Shown: piece after piece, positions 51,436 through 61,714 of the stretch
Layout: each line of letters begins with the position of its first letter
Numbering within the stretch: the stretch's first letter is position 1
Origin: Anaerolineales bacterium
GTDB lineage: Bacteria > Chloroflexota > Anaerolineae > Anaerolineales > RBG-16-64-43
Direction of reading: 5' to 3'
DNA: 64,000 bases
Assembly: GCA_034430775.1 (NCBI GenBank)
Contig: DAOUDU010000203.1
Coordinates: forward strand, 12,066-76,065
Position numbers and translations under genes: made by a program
The notes under the pieces: generated by a model
What the model was told of the DNA's origin: nothing
Seen by the model: only the letters and a program-made list of their open reading frames with translations
Databases searched by the model: none

Positions 51436-54000
51436 ATGTCCATCGATCCGGTTGTTAAAGCCCTTCGGTCCGATCCGCACCTGGCGCCCAACATCGCCGC
51501 GTGGGAACGAATCCCGCCCCGTGAAATGGTCCTCGTCCCGCCGCCGGAAGATGTGCGCGCGGACCTGGCGGCGGGGCTGCGCACGCGCGGGATCGAACGG
51601 CTGTATGCGCACCAGGCGGAAGCGGTTGAGGCCGCGCTGCGCGGTGAAAACGTGGTCCTCTCCACCGGAACCGCCTCGGGCAAGACGCTGGCTTACAACC
51701 TCCCGATCCTCCAGGAATCGCTGGCCGATCCCGGGGCAACTTCGATCTACCTCTTCCCCACCAAGGCGCTGGCGCAGGATCAGGCGGCGGAACTCGCGCG
51801 CTGGGAGGAGGCCCTTCCGGGCGGCGGGATGGGGATCCGCCTGTACGATGGGGACACGCCGCAATCCCGGCGCGCCGATTACCGCCGCAGCGCCCGGTTC
51901 CTGATCACCAATCCGGACATGCTGCACCTCGGCATCCTTCCGCACCACACGCGCTGGGCGGAATTTCTTTCCCGGCTGCGGTTTGTGGTGCTGGACGAAT
52001 TGCATATCTACCGCGGGGTGTTCGGGTCGCACATGGCGAACGTCCTGCGGCGGCTGCGGCGGGTGTGCGCCTTTTATCAGGCCGGCGCGTCCGGCGGGAA
52101 AGGACTGCACTTCCTCGCTTCCTCCGCGACAATCGCCAACCCGCGCGAATTGGCCGAAGGGCTGACGGGTTCCCCGGTGACGCTGATCGACCGCGATGCC
52201 TCGCCGCGGGCGGCCCGCCATCTTGTCCTCTACAATCCTCCGCTGGCCGATCCGGCGCTTGGGTTGCGCCGCTCCTACATCCGCGAAACGCAGGAGATCG
52301 TCCTGCGTTTGCTGCGCGAGGGCGTACAGACCGCGGTGTTCGCCCGCACGCGGCGATCGGTGGAACTGCTGCTTGGCGCGCTGCGCGACCAGGCGGCGAT
52401 AGCGGGGCTGGATCCGAAATCCATCCGCGGATACCGCGCCGGGTATCTTACGGAGGAGCGGCGCGAGATAGAAGCCGGGCTGCGCGCCGGATCGGTACGC
52501 TGCGTGGTGGCCACCAGCGCGCTTGAGTTGGGGGTGGATATCGGCACCCTCGGCGCGGCGGTGATCGCCGGATACCCCGGAACGGTGGCATCCTTCTGGC
52601 AGCGGGCGGGGCGGGCGGGGCGGCGCGAAGAGGAATCGCTTGCGATCTTCGTCGCATCGGCCGATCCGCTGGACCAGTTCCTGATGGCCCATCCGGAATT
52701 CCTGCTCGGCGGCTCGCCCGAGCATGCCCGGATCAATCCCGATAACCTCGCCATCCTTGCCGGGCACCTGCGCTGTTCCGCCTTCGAGCTGCCATTTGCC
52801 AGGGGCGAGACCTTCGGCGGGCTGGCGGTGGACGATTTGCTGGCGGCACTGGCTGCGGAGGGGGACCTGCACCGCGCGGAAAACGGCGAAGTCTCATGGA
52901 TCGGAGAAACGTACCCCGCGGCCGCGATCAACCTGCGCACCGCCGGCACCGACCGGGTGGTGGTGCAGGAGATCCGCGAGGGAAGCCCGCGGATGATCGG
53001 GGAGGTGGACCGCGCGGCGGCGCCTTCCTGGGTTCACCCCGGCGCAATCTACCTGCATGAAGGCCGGACGTATTTCATCGACGCGCTGGATTGGGAGGCG
53101 GGCATCGCCCGGGCGCGCCCGATCGAGACCGAGTATTACACCGAGGCCACGCAGGATGTGCAACTGGATGTCCTTTCGGTGCGCGATTCGAGCGAGGGCG
53201 GCGCACTGCGGCGCGCCTGGGGGGACGTGCACATCAGCGCCAAGGCGGTCGCCTTCCGGCAATTGCGGCGCGCGACGGGTGAAACGATCGGGAACGGGGA
53301 GATCGACCTGCCGCCGAACGAGTTCCAGACGGCCGGTTGCTGGATCTGGGTGGCGCCTGACGCGCTCGGCGCGTTCGAAGGCGAGGCGCGCGAATTCCTC
53401 GCGCTCATCGGTCCGAACGATTACGGGCCTTCGTGGGAAGCGGCACGCCGTGCGGCGCGGGAACGGGACGAATTCCGCTGCGCGCGCTGCGGCGCGCCGG
53501 AACGGCTGCGGCGCGAACACGACGTACACCACCGCATCCCCTTCCGCTCCTTCGGCTACGTTCCCGGGCGGAACGAAAATCATCTGCAGGCCAACGCGGT
53601 GGAAAACCTGATCACGCTGTGTGCGGCCTGCCACCAGCGGATCGAAGCGCAGCAGGGGACTCACACCGCCCTGGGCGGGTTGGGGCACGCGCTGCACAAC
53701 CTTGCCCCGCTCCTCCTGATGTGCGACGCGCGCGACCTGGGCTGGTCGATCGAGCTGCGCGGGAAGGAAACCGGCGCGCCGACAATCACTTTTTATGACA
53801 ACCTCGCGGAGGGATTGGGGCTCTCAGAGGAGCTTTTCGGTTCCATGGCCGCGCTGCTGGCTTCCACCGCGGCGCTGATCCGCGATTGTCCGTGCGCCAC
53901 CGGCTGCCCGGCCTGCGTCGGTCCGGTTGCGGTAGGCGCCGGCCCGGTCAAGAAGGTCGCCCTGCGGCTGGCGGAGATTCTGGCGGGCACCAATTTGTGA
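51436..54000 (+). CDS. YprA/MrfA-like DEAD/DEAH-box helicase with a C-terminal DUF1998 (MZB) domain and an embedded HNH motif
   Basis: Helicase motifs GTASGKT, DELH, SALELGVDIG and QRAGRAGRR. HNH-like CARCG...HDVHHRIPF...NLITLCAACHQRIE at 53479-53648. Terminal Cys cluster CPCATGCPAC. Confidence 0.88.
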   Translation: MSIDPVVKALRSDPHLAPNIAAWERIPPREMVLVPPPEDVRADLAAGLRTRGIERLYAHQAEAVEAALRGENVVLSTGTASGKTLAYNLPILQESLADPGATSIYLFPTKALAQDQAAELARWEEALPGGGMGIRLYDGDTPQSRRADYRRSARFLITNPDMLHLGILPHHTRWAEFLSRLRFVVLDELHIYRGVFGSHMANVLRRLRRVCAFYQAGASGGKGLHFLASSATIANPRELAEGLTGSPVTLIDRDASPRAARHLVLYNPPLADPALGLRRSYIRETQEIVLRLLREGVQTAVFARTRRSVELLLGALRDQAAIAGLDPKSIRGYRAGYLTEERREIEAGLRAGSVRCVVATSALELGVDIGTLGAAVIAGYPGTVASFWQRAGRAGRREEESLAIFVASADPLDQFLMAHPEFLLGGSPEHARINPDNLAILAGHLRCSAFELPFARGETFGGLAVDDLLAALAAEGDLHRAENGEVSWIGETYPAAAINLRTAGTDRVVVQEIREGSPRMIGEVDRAAAPSWVHPGAIYLHEGRTYFIDALDWEAGIARARPIETEYYTEATQDVQLDVLSVRDSSEGGALRRAWGDVHISAKAVAFRQLRRATGETIGNGEIDLPPNEFQTAGCWIWVAPDALGAFEGEAREFLALIGPNDYGPSWEAARRAARERDEFRCARCGAPERLRREHDVHHRIPFRSFGYVPGRNENHLQANAVENLITLCAACHQRIEAQQGTHTALGGLGHALHNLAPLLLMCDARDLGWSIELRGKETGAPTITFYDNLAEGLGLSEELFGSMAALLASTAALIRDCPCATGCPACVGPVAVGAGPVKKVALRLAEILAGTNL

Positions 54001-54112
54001 TTTGAGCGCACGTCTCTAGACTGTCGCCGGAAAAGATTGCGAGCCTGTCCCGAGCCCGCCCCCGGGCGATGCGTATCGGCGTCTTTCCGATGCGAAGAAT
54101 TCGCGAACGGGG

Positions 54113-54292
54113 GGAGCATCCTGGCTCGGGTCTGGTCCATAAGCCAGGATGTACGCGAAGCGAGGGTGATCCTGGCCGGGATCCATGAGGAACGCCAACG
54201 CATACTCGTAAGGGGTCCGTGGATGCCCGATAAGAACACCCTCGCTTCGCTTTCATCCCGGCTCGCAAACCAGACCCGAACCGGAATGCTCC
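54113..54292. repeat. Inverted pair of a 56-nt hairpin unit (family 3) between convergent genes
   Basis: 54113-54168 versus the reverse complement of 54237-54292: 45 of 56 positions identical by hand, mismatches mostly transitions. Each unit has its own stem (CATCCTGGC...GCCAGGATG). Confidence 0.7.
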
Positions 54293-54322
54293 GCGAGGGC
54301 AGGCGCCGGGATGACGAACATT

Positions 54323-55534
54323 TTACACGCCGGGATGACGAGCACTCCCATTGCGCGGCAAAAGCACCAACAATCCCAGCGGACCGGCCATCAGCAGCCA
54401 CATGACCGAAGCCAATCCAAACGACTGCGCCAATCCGCCGAGCAGCCAGGGTATTCCCCCGGCGAGTATCCCAAACGCCGAGGTGACGGCCATTGTGGTG
54501 CCGGACCGTCCGGGGAGGGTTTTGTACAACTGCGCCTGCGGAATGGCATACCACCCGGCGTTGAAAAGTCCCATGAGCGCCAACAGCAGGATTTTCACCG
54601 CAACCCAAGGGGCAAGCAGGAATCCCGCATAAAGACCAAACATGAGCAGCGCGCTGATCCGCAGATATTTCAAGGGGTTCGTGCGCGTCAGCAGCGGGAT
54701 GAGCAGCGCATCTCCGAGGATCCCGACCCCGCTCCAGACCGCGACCATCAGGCTTGCCGTCGCGGAAGAGACGGCCGCGATATCGGTTCCATACAAAGCG
54801 ATGAAACCGAGCAGGACATCCATCATCAGATCGCTCAGCGCGAGTACGATCAGCCAGCGCAAGACTTCCCCGCGGTGAATGGCCCTCCAGAAATCTGATA
54901 TCAGACCGCGCAGGGTAAGGTGTTCTGAACCTTCGGGCGGTGACGGAAACCGGCGCGGTATGAGCGCCAGGGTTAATACCAAAGCGCACGCGGCAAAAAA
55001 GAACATCGGAAGGCGCCAGCTACCCCCGGCGGTGAGCGTCAGGGCGAGAAGTATCGGCCCGGCGACGACGCCGAGTGAGCCGGCCAGGGTCCAGCGCGCC
55101 ATGGCCAATTCCCTGCGATCGGGTTCAAGATCCACCAACGTTGCCTGCGACAGGCTGACGAACGCACCCGAGGAGGGGCTGGCGAGAATCGATGCTCCGA
55201 GAAGCAGCAGGAACGACCCCGATGCGCCCAGCATCAACATGGACGCCAGGAAGCATACGCCGCCGACGAGGATGATCCGCTTTCGCTGCCCAAGGTCACC
55301 GAGCAACCCGAGCGCCGGCTCAATGAGATTTCCCAAAACAAGCGGCAGCCCCACCAGCAGGCCGATCTGCGCGTAGGTCAGGTGCAGGTCGTCGCGAATG
55401 ACCGGCCAGGCCGCCCCGACCGTACCGTAAACAAGTTCATCGAGGAATTCAATCGCCAGAAAAACCGCCGCCAGACCCGCGGGCATGGCCAGGCGCCGAT
55501 AAAGGTTGTGGGAAGAGCGGGTTTGTCTATCCAA
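54323..55534 (-). CDS. MFS transporter
   Basis: 403 aa with about 12 TM helices and the typical loop GDLGQRKRI between TM2 and TM3. Confidence 0.85.
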   Translation of the reverse strand: MDRQTRSSHNLYRRLAMPAGLAAVFLAIEFLDELVYGTVGAAWPVIRDDLHLTYAQIGLLVGLPLVLGNLIEPALGLLGDLGQRKRIILVGGVCFLASMLMLGASGSFLLLLGASILASPSSGAFVSLSQATLVDLEPDRRELAMARWTLAGSLGVVAGPILLALTLTAGGSWRLPMFFFAACALVLTLALIPRRFPSPPEGSEHLTLRGLISDFWRAIHRGEVLRWLIVLALSDLMMDVLLGFIALYGTDIAAVSSATASLMVAVWSGVGILGDALLIPLLTRTNPLKYLRISALLMFGLYAGFLLAPWVAVKILLLALMGLFNAGWYAIPQAQLYKTLPGRSGTTMAVTSAFGILAGGIPWLLGGLAQSFGLASVMWLLMAGPLGLLVLLPRNGSARHPGV

Positions 55535-55890
55535 GGGAGGAATAAAGAGAAATATCTGAAAAAGTCACACTGAGCTGCCCGCCCTCCGCCTGCCCTTGCG
55601 AAGGATCTCGCTTCCGTATTTTGGAAGCGAGATGTTTCCGAAGCGGGAGAGCGATGAGCATCGGTGCTGTGCCGGTGCGAAGAATTCGCGAGCGGGGCAG
55701 CGAAGGTTTCCGTACGCACGAATGGCTGGTTTGCTTCGTTCCCTGGACCCGCCCGACCGGGGCGGGCAACAGGATAACCGAAGAAAGAGATTATTAAGAG
55801 ACAGTCCGCGATAGAAAGCGCCTGACCCGCACCCCGGAGGAATTTACCACCAGTATGCTATGGCCATCGAGAAGACTTCCGGGATGAAAT

Positions 55891-56682
55891 CTACCAACGC
55901 GACATCCTGCGCGGTCTCATCATTGAATAAATCATGAATCCCGCCCCGCCGAGCAACGCCAAGCCGATCAATCCCAGCCATAATGAACCGGACCCCCCGC
56001 CTTCCTCCCCGGGTTTCTCGGGTGCGTTGGTCTGGACGGCGAAGCTGATTTTGGCCGTGGCGCCCGGTTCGAGCGTCAGAGATTTGTTCATCTCGCCCGT
56101 TGGATTGAAATTTTTAGGAGCGGCCGCCGCAATGTGGTACTCGCCGGCGGGAATATCGATAAAGCAATATTCCGCGGTCGGGTCCTCGATGGTGTGGTTT
56201 CCAACTTCCGTTCCGTCGGCAAGCGCCACGCTGACCTGCCCGCCGGGCACCAGCGACTCCGTGTCCTCCTTTTGGGATCCATCGCCGTTGGCATCGTTGA
56301 AGAAGGAAACACAGATGGTGCCTTTGCCGGTTACGGGCAGGGGGGACGGGGTGGCGGACGGCAGAAAGGCCAGCGTCGGTTCGGCGTAGGTCGGCGTAAC
56401 GATTCGCAGAATCAGGACCGTCCCGACTTGGAGCGGATCTTCGCGGTGGATGTTGTTCAGCCGTTCGAGTTCGTCGATCGGGATACCGGTTATGGCGGAG
56501 ATCTTCCACAGCGTATCGCTCTCCTGCACCGTATAGAGGATACGTCCATCGGCGAGCGGCGTGGCGGTCTGATACGCGGTGGGCTGGAGTGCGCCCTTTT
56601 CCGGCGATCCGGCCAGGGCCGGGATAGCGGCGATCGTCACCAGAAAAACAGCGATAAGAATCGAAGACAGCAAAGATCGCAT
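55891..56682 (-). CDS. Secreted LysM-domain protein with a beta-sandwich domain and a C-terminal TM anchor
   Basis: Signal peptide. LysM repeat YTVQESDTLWKISAITGIPIDELERLN...VGTVLIL. SdrD-B/Cna-B-like segment (GDGSQKEDTESLVPGGQVSVALADG). The tail is LWLGLIGLALLGGAGFMIYSMMRPRRMSRW. Confidence 0.78.
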   Translation of the reverse strand: MRSLLSSILIAVFLVTIAAIPALAGSPEKGALQPTAYQTATPLADGRILYTVQESDTLWKISAITGIPIDELERLNNIHREDPLQVGTVLILRIVTPTYAEPTLAFLPSATPSPLPVTGKGTICVSFFNDANGDGSQKEDTESLVPGGQVSVALADGTEVGNHTIEDPTAEYCFIDIPAGEYHIAAAAPKNFNPTGEMNKSLTLEPGATAKISFAVQTNAPEKPGEEGGGSGSLWLGLIGLALLGGAGFMIYSMMRPRRMSRW

Positions 56683-56949
56683 GAGACTCCCTCGTATGAA
56701 AAAGGCGGGTCTGACGGGGGGATTATAGCCTCTTCGCGGAGAGGGCTCCAGTCCACAGAAAACGGATATCCAATTGCTGGGCCGGCGGCGAGGAAGTCAA
56801 TGTGCCATGAAGATACAAAGACACAAAGAAATCGGGTTGAATGACAAAACAATCACCTTTTTACAGCTGTCGAAAACCCGTAAAAACGCATTGCATAAAT
56901 CACCAAGGATCTCCTTGCGTTCTTCGGGCCTCTTCGGTGTATATGGATT

Positions 56950-57174
56950 TTAAAAGAGCCCTCGCAGGACGATCAGCAGCCCCAGCACGGCGAGCGGGAT
57001 GCCGATAACCGCGCCGACGACGGTCAGGGAGACGAGACCGCCCGCGAGCATCAGGACGGCGCCGATAATAATCGCCGCCAGGCGGCCGGTCAGGCTGATC
57101 AATCCCGCGAGCAGTTTCCAGAGGGCGATGAACGGCCAGAGGATCCAAGGAGTGTGATGTTTGCGGTGCGGCAT
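56950..57174 (-). CDS. Hypothetical small membrane protein
   Basis: 74 aa with two hydrophobic helices. No family recognised. Confidence 0.4.
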   Translation of the reverse strand: MPHRKHHTPWILWPFIALWKLLAGLISLTGRLAAIIIGAVLMLAGGLVSLTVVGAVIGIPLAVLGLLIVLRGLF

Positions 57175-57326
57175 GGGCGATCCTTTCGGCGAGTGTATTT
57201 CCGGATACCCATTCCTACGAAGCGGGAAGCGAAGGGTTGCGTGGAGAGACCGAAGCGGTCGAAAGAGCGATCCGGTGGATCGCCTCTACGGCCGTGCTGG
57301 TCGAGAACCCCGGGAGGATTTTCGAT

Positions 57327-58346
57327 CTACAACTCGGACGCCAGCTGTAACAGCAGCCGCAGATCGTCGCGCGTGCCAAAGGCAAAGATCTGCATCCCCT
57401 CGACGAACCGGGTTTCCGCTGACGGCCGTTGGTTGGCCGCGGCCCCCGGAGTTTTATACGCCAGAACCGAGACATTTAATTGCAGGCGGGATTTGGCCTC
57501 CACCAGAGTCAAGCCGGCAAGTTTGGAGCCTTTGCCGATCTTGACCTGTTCAATGAGCAATTCCATGCCGCCCGCGGAGGCCACCTCATCGAGGAAATCC
57601 GCGACCTCCGGCCGGACCAGCATCGTAACCATGCGGCGGCCGGAGAGGCTGTACGGCAGGAGGACGCGATCGGCTCCGGCACGGAGCAGTTTCGATTCAG
57701 ATTCTTCGAAGTTGGCGCGGGCGATGATGTTCAGGTCCGGATTCAGCCCGCGGGCGGTGAGCGTGATGTAGACGTTTTCGGCATCGGAATCCACCGCGGC
57801 CACCAAGCCGCGCGCGCGGCGGATTCCGGCCTGTTCGAGCAGTCCTTCGTTGGCGGCGTTGCCTTGCATGGCCAGGTAGCCGAAGCGGCGGGTCTGCTCC
57901 ATCCGCTCCACTTCCTTTTCCAGGATGACGAAGGGAATGCCCTCGGACTTCAAATCCTGAGCTACGTATCTTCCGACGCGGCCAAACCCGCAGACGATGA
58001 CGTGGCGGTTGAGCGTATCCAGCATTTTGCGTCTCCTTCGAGCATTCCACTGATCGCGCCACTGACCCGATACAAGATAACCCGCGCTGGCCGTAACCGC
58101 ATAGGCCGCCACCCCCCCGCCTCCCAGGATCAGGAGCATTGTGAAGACCCGTCCGGCCGGGGATAGCTCATGCAGTTCCCCGTAGCCGACCGTGGTGATA
58201 GTGATCACGGTCATATAAAGGGAATCGAGCAGGCTGTATCCTTCCAGGATCCGGTAACCGGCGGTGCCGATGGACACCAACAAGAAGAGGGCGAGGGCGG
58301 TTCGAATGAGGTAGGCGAGGGGATTCCGCGGATTGGTTGATTCCAC
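57327..58346 (-). CDS. Potassium channel with a cytoplasmic RCK/TrkA domain
   Basis: Selectivity filter TTVGYGE. Rossmann motif VIVCGFGRVGRYV. C-terminal TrkA-C-like segment. Confidence 0.88.
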   Translation of the reverse strand: MESTNPRNPLAYLIRTALALFLLVSIGTAGYRILEGYSLLDSLYMTVITITTVGYGELHELSPAGRVFTMLLILGGGGVAAYAVTASAGYLVSGQWRDQWNARRRRKMLDTLNRHVIVCGFGRVGRYVAQDLKSEGIPFVILEKEVERMEQTRRFGYLAMQGNAANEGLLEQAGIRRARGLVAAVDSDAENVYITLTARGLNPDLNIIARANFEESESKLLRAGADRVLLPYSLSGRRMVTMLVRPEVADFLDEVASAGGMELLIEQVKIGKGSKLAGLTLVEAKSRLQLNVSVLAYKTPGAAANQRPSAETRFVEGMQIFAFGTRDDLRLLLQLASEL

Positions 58347-58409
58347 GCCGGACTCCGGGGCGGGTTGTGATTCTGCGATTGGGAAAACGGAATGCCGTTA
58401 CCCGGATGG

Positions 58410-58841
58410 TTACGCTACAGGGGGGGGGACTGAGTCGTCCGGCGCCTTCACCAACTGGCGGAAATTAACCTCTTTCAGCCGTGCAACCAGTTCCTCCTGC
58501 AACCGGCACCATACCGGACCCACGAGGCATTCCTTCCCGAATTGACAGATGGAAAGGTCGAGCGCGCATTCATTAATGGAAATCGGTCCGTCGATGGCTT
58601 CAATCACTTCCAGGAGCGTGATCTCGCCTGACGGACGCGCCAGTGTCACTCCGCCCCGCGCTCCGCGCGAGGTGTTTACCAGCCCGGCAACGGAAAGCTG
58701 GGAGATGATTTTTGCGAGAAACGAAGGGGGGATGTGTTTGGCTTCCGCGATAAGGTTGGTCGGAGACCGGCCCTTTTTCTCGTTTTCCGCCAGAAAAAGG
58801 ATTGCTCGGATGGCGTAATCGGCCTGGCGTGTGATTTCCAT
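58410..58841 (-). CDS. Rrf2-family transcriptional regulator
   Basis: [18 protein letters not shown]..., [13 protein letters not shown]. Three C-terminal Cys residues ([14 protein letters not shown]) could ligate an Fe-S cluster. Confidence 0.9.
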   Translation of the reverse strand: MEITRQADYAIRAILFLAENEKKGRSPTNLIAEAKHIPPSFLAKIISQLSVAGLVNTSRGARGGVTLARPSGEITLLEVIEAIDGPISINECALDLSICQFGKECLVGPVWCRLQEELVARLKEVNFRQLVKAPDDSVPPPVA

Positions 58842-59042
58842 AGAAGCCTTCTTGGGTTTTACGGATACGAAATATCATATTCCACCTTTCCATTTGCGGC
58901 AAGTGGCAACCCGCCTATCCCCAAGGATGCCGCGCGTCTCATGCCCGGGAAAGCCGGGATTCCCAGGCTTTTTCTAATCTACAGAAATGGAATACAATTC
59001 CCGTACCGCCTTTGGCGGCTGATGCTTCTTAATGGAGGCTGG

Positions 59043-60392
59043 ATGAAGGATATTTGCGTGATCGGGGTTGGGTACGTGGGATTGGTCACGGCGGCCGGAT
59101 TCTCGGATCTCGGGAACCGGGTAACCGCCCTGGATATCAATGAAGAGCGGGTCCGAAACCTGCGCCAAGGGATCCTCCCAATCTACGAGCCGGGGCTGGA
59201 GGAGGTCGTTCGCCGCAATGTTCAAGCCGGCCGGCTTTCCTTCACTACATCCTATACCGAGGGTTTGGAGACCGCGGATTTTGCTTTCATCGCCGTCGGG
59301 ACTCCGGAAGGCGTGGACGGCGAGGCGGATCTGCGCTACGTTCGTGACGCGGCCGAAGCGATTGCCAAGGCGATGAAACGGCCGCTGGTGGTGGTCAACA
59401 AATCCACCGTTCCGGTCGGCACGGGCGACTGGGTGGCGGAAATCATCCGCTCGCATCTCGTCCAACCCCTGCCGTTCTCGGTTGTCTCCTGTCCGGAGTT
59501 CCTGCGCGAGGGTTGCGCGCTCACGGATTTTCTCAACCCGGCGCGGACGGTGCTCGGGTCGATGGACCGTGAGGCGGCCGACAAGGTGGCGCAGCTGCAC
59601 CTGCCGCTGCGGGCGCCGATCGTGATCACCGATCTGCGCACCGCGGAGATGATCAAGTACGCCTCGAACGCGTTCCTGGCTACGAAAATCTCCTTTATTA
59701 ACGAGATCGCCAATATATGCGAAGCGCTGGGGGCCGACGTGAAGGAAGTGGCCAGCGGGATGGGATACGATCCGCGCATCGGCCGTCAGTTCCTGGAAGC
59801 GGGGATCGGCTACGGTGGATCCTGCTTCCCCAAGGACGTTAAGGCGCTGGCCCACATGGCGTCGGTGCAGGGGCGCAACCCGCAGCTCCTGCAGGCGGTG
59901 ATGGACATCAACGACGACCGGATGCGCATTCTGGTCGAACACGTGGAAAACCTTCTTGGAAAAATTGAGAAAATGGAGATCGGGCTGCTGGGTCTGGCAT
60001 TCAAATCCAACACCGATGATATGCGCGAAGCGCCTGCGCAAAAGATCGCGGCGCTGTTGCAGCAGCGCGGCGCCGCGGTGCGCGCGTACGATCCGGTGGC
60101 GATGGAAAACGCCGCGCGGACGATACCCGGCATCCGCATGTGCCCCGACCCCTACGCGCTGGCCGAAGGGGCGGATGCGCTGGTGGTGGTCACCGATTGG
60201 AACGAGTTCAAGCAGCTTGATCTGCCGAAGGTTCGGAAGTTAATGCGCGCTCCCAACCTCATCGACGGACGCAACATCTACGAGCCGGAGGAGATGAAAG
60301 CGCTCGGCTTCCGGTACCGCGGAATCGGCCGCGGGTACAACGGGGCCAGCCTTGTGCCGCAGCCGCCGGCTGGGAAGGGCCGCGCGAAATGA
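59043..60392 (+). CDS. ugd: UDP-glucose 6-dehydrogenase
   Basis: Start at ATG 59043 ([15 protein letters not shown]). Catalytic [23 protein letters not shown]. Confidence 0.93.
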   Translation: MKDICVIGVGYVGLVTAAGFSDLGNRVTALDINEERVRNLRQGILPIYEPGLEEVVRRNVQAGRLSFTTSYTEGLETADFAFIAVGTPEGVDGEADLRYVRDAAEAIAKAMKRPLVVVNKSTVPVGTGDWVAEIIRSHLVQPLPFSVVSCPEFLREGCALTDFLNPARTVLGSMDREAADKVAQLHLPLRAPIVITDLRTAEMIKYASNAFLATKISFINEIANICEALGADVKEVASGMGYDPRIGRQFLEAGIGYGGSCFPKDVKALAHMASVQGRNPQLLQAVMDINDDRMRILVEHVENLLGKIEKMEIGLLGLAFKSNTDDMREAPAQKIAALLQQRGAAVRAYDPVAMENAARTIPGIRMCPDPYALAEGADALVVVTDWNEFKQLDLPKVRKLMRAPNLIDGRNIYEPEEMKALGFRYRGIGRGYNGASLVPQPPAGKGRAK

Positions 60393-61699
60393 CCGCCGCG
60401 CGGGTCTACCGTGCGCGCTTGCGCAACGGACTGCGGGTGCTCCTGAAGGAAATTCACGCCGCGCCGCTGATCAGCCTGTGGACATGGTACCGGGTGGGCT
60501 CGCGCAATGAACATGCCGGGTTGACCGGCATTTCGCACTGGGTGGAGCATATGCAGTTCAAAGGCACGCCCGCCTTCCCTTCCGGCAGCCTGGACAGGGC
60601 GGTTTCGCGCGAGGGCGGGGTGTGGAACGCGATGACCTGGCTGGATTGGACCGCGTATTACGAAACCATCCCCTCCGACCGGGCGGATCTCGCACTGCGT
60701 CTGGAAGCCGACCGGATGTCTCATAGCTCCTTTGCCCCCAAAGAGGTCGCCTCCGAACGAACGGTGATCATCTCCGAGCGCCAGGGCTACGAGAACGAGC
60801 CCACCTTCCGGCTCTTGGAGGAAGTCCAGGCCGCCGCGTTCCGCGTGCATTCTTATCACCACGAGGTGGTGGGGGACGTGGCCGACCTTTCTTCAATGAC
60901 ACGGGACGACCTCTACGGCCATTACCGCACCTATTACGTCCCCAATAACGCTCTGGTGGCCGTAGCGGGGGATTTCTCGGCGCGCGAGATGCTCGACCGC
61001 ATCCGGCAGCTCTACGGCGCCGTTCCGGCGGGCCCTCCGCCGCCGCATCACACGCGCACCGAACCGGCGCAGAAGGGTGAGCGCCGCGTATCGGTCGAGG
61101 GGCCCGGCGAGACCGCCTACGTGGAAGCGGCCTATCACGCACCATCCGCGACCGATCCGGATTTCTTCCCGATGGTTGTCCTCGACAGTGTGCTGGCCGG
61201 CCCGAGCAACTTCAACATGTTCAGCGGCGGCATATCGAACAAGACCTCGCGCCTCTACCGGGCGCTGGTGGAAACCGAACTGGCGGCCGGGGTGAGCGGC
61301 GGCCTGGCGGCGACGATGGACCCCTACCTCTACTCCATTACCGCGACGGTCCGCGACGGAAAATCGCCGGAGCAGGTGCTGGCGGCGCTGGATGCGGAGC
61401 TGCGGCGGGTGGCGGACGAATCGATCCGCCGCGAGGAAATGGAGCGCGCCATGAAGCAGGCGCGCGCTATCTTCGCCTATGGCAGCGAGACGGTGACCAA
61501 CCAGGCCTTCTGGATGGGGTACGCCGAGATGTTCGCTTCGATCGACTGGTTCGACAACTACCTTTCCTCGCTGGCCGCGGTGACGACCGACGATGTGCGG
61601 CGCGTGGCGTGCCGGGTGCTTTCCAAGCGCAACCGCACGGTCGGCTTCTACCTGCCGACGGGCCCGGAACCCGCTCTGAATACGGAAGGGGGGCGCTGA
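60389..61699 (+). CDS. M16-family zinc peptidase (active subunit)
   Basis: [11 protein letters not shown] (HxxEH inverted zinc motif). ATGA overlap with ugd. Confidence 0.88.
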   Translation: MTAARVYRARLRNGLRVLLKEIHAAPLISLWTWYRVGSRNEHAGLTGISHWVEHMQFKGTPAFPSGSLDRAVSREGGVWNAMTWLDWTAYYETIPSDRADLALRLEADRMSHSSFAPKEVASERTVIISERQGYENEPTFRLLEEVQAAAFRVHSYHHEVVGDVADLSSMTRDDLYGHYRTYYVPNNALVAVAGDFSAREMLDRIRQLYGAVPAGPPPPHHTRTEPAQKGERRVSVEGPGETAYVEAAYHAPSATDPDFFPMVVLDSVLAGPSNFNMFSGGISNKTSRLYRALVETELAAGVSGGLAATMDPYLYSITATVRDGKSPEQVLAALDAELRRVADESIRREEMERAMKQARAIFAYGSETVTNQAFWMGYAEMFASIDWFDNYLSSLAAVTTDDVRRVACRVLSKRNRTVGFYLPTGPEPALNTEGGR

Positions 61700-61714
61700 C
61701 GCGCGGAACACAGG

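Noticed and set aside
51430-52872. 480-aa minus-strand ORF, plus similar antisense ORFs at 2411-3403, 41232-42374, 58974-60041 and 60893-62482
   Set aside because: All are antisense to genes with unambiguous family motifs (helicase, groEL, thiolase/DUF35, ugd, M16). All have Arg/Gly/Pro-rich low-information sequences.
53793-54989. 398-aa minus-strand ORF crossing the helicase 3' end, the repeat cluster and the MFS gene
   Set aside because: It runs through an intergenic repeat cluster and out of frame through the MFS gene. No motifs.
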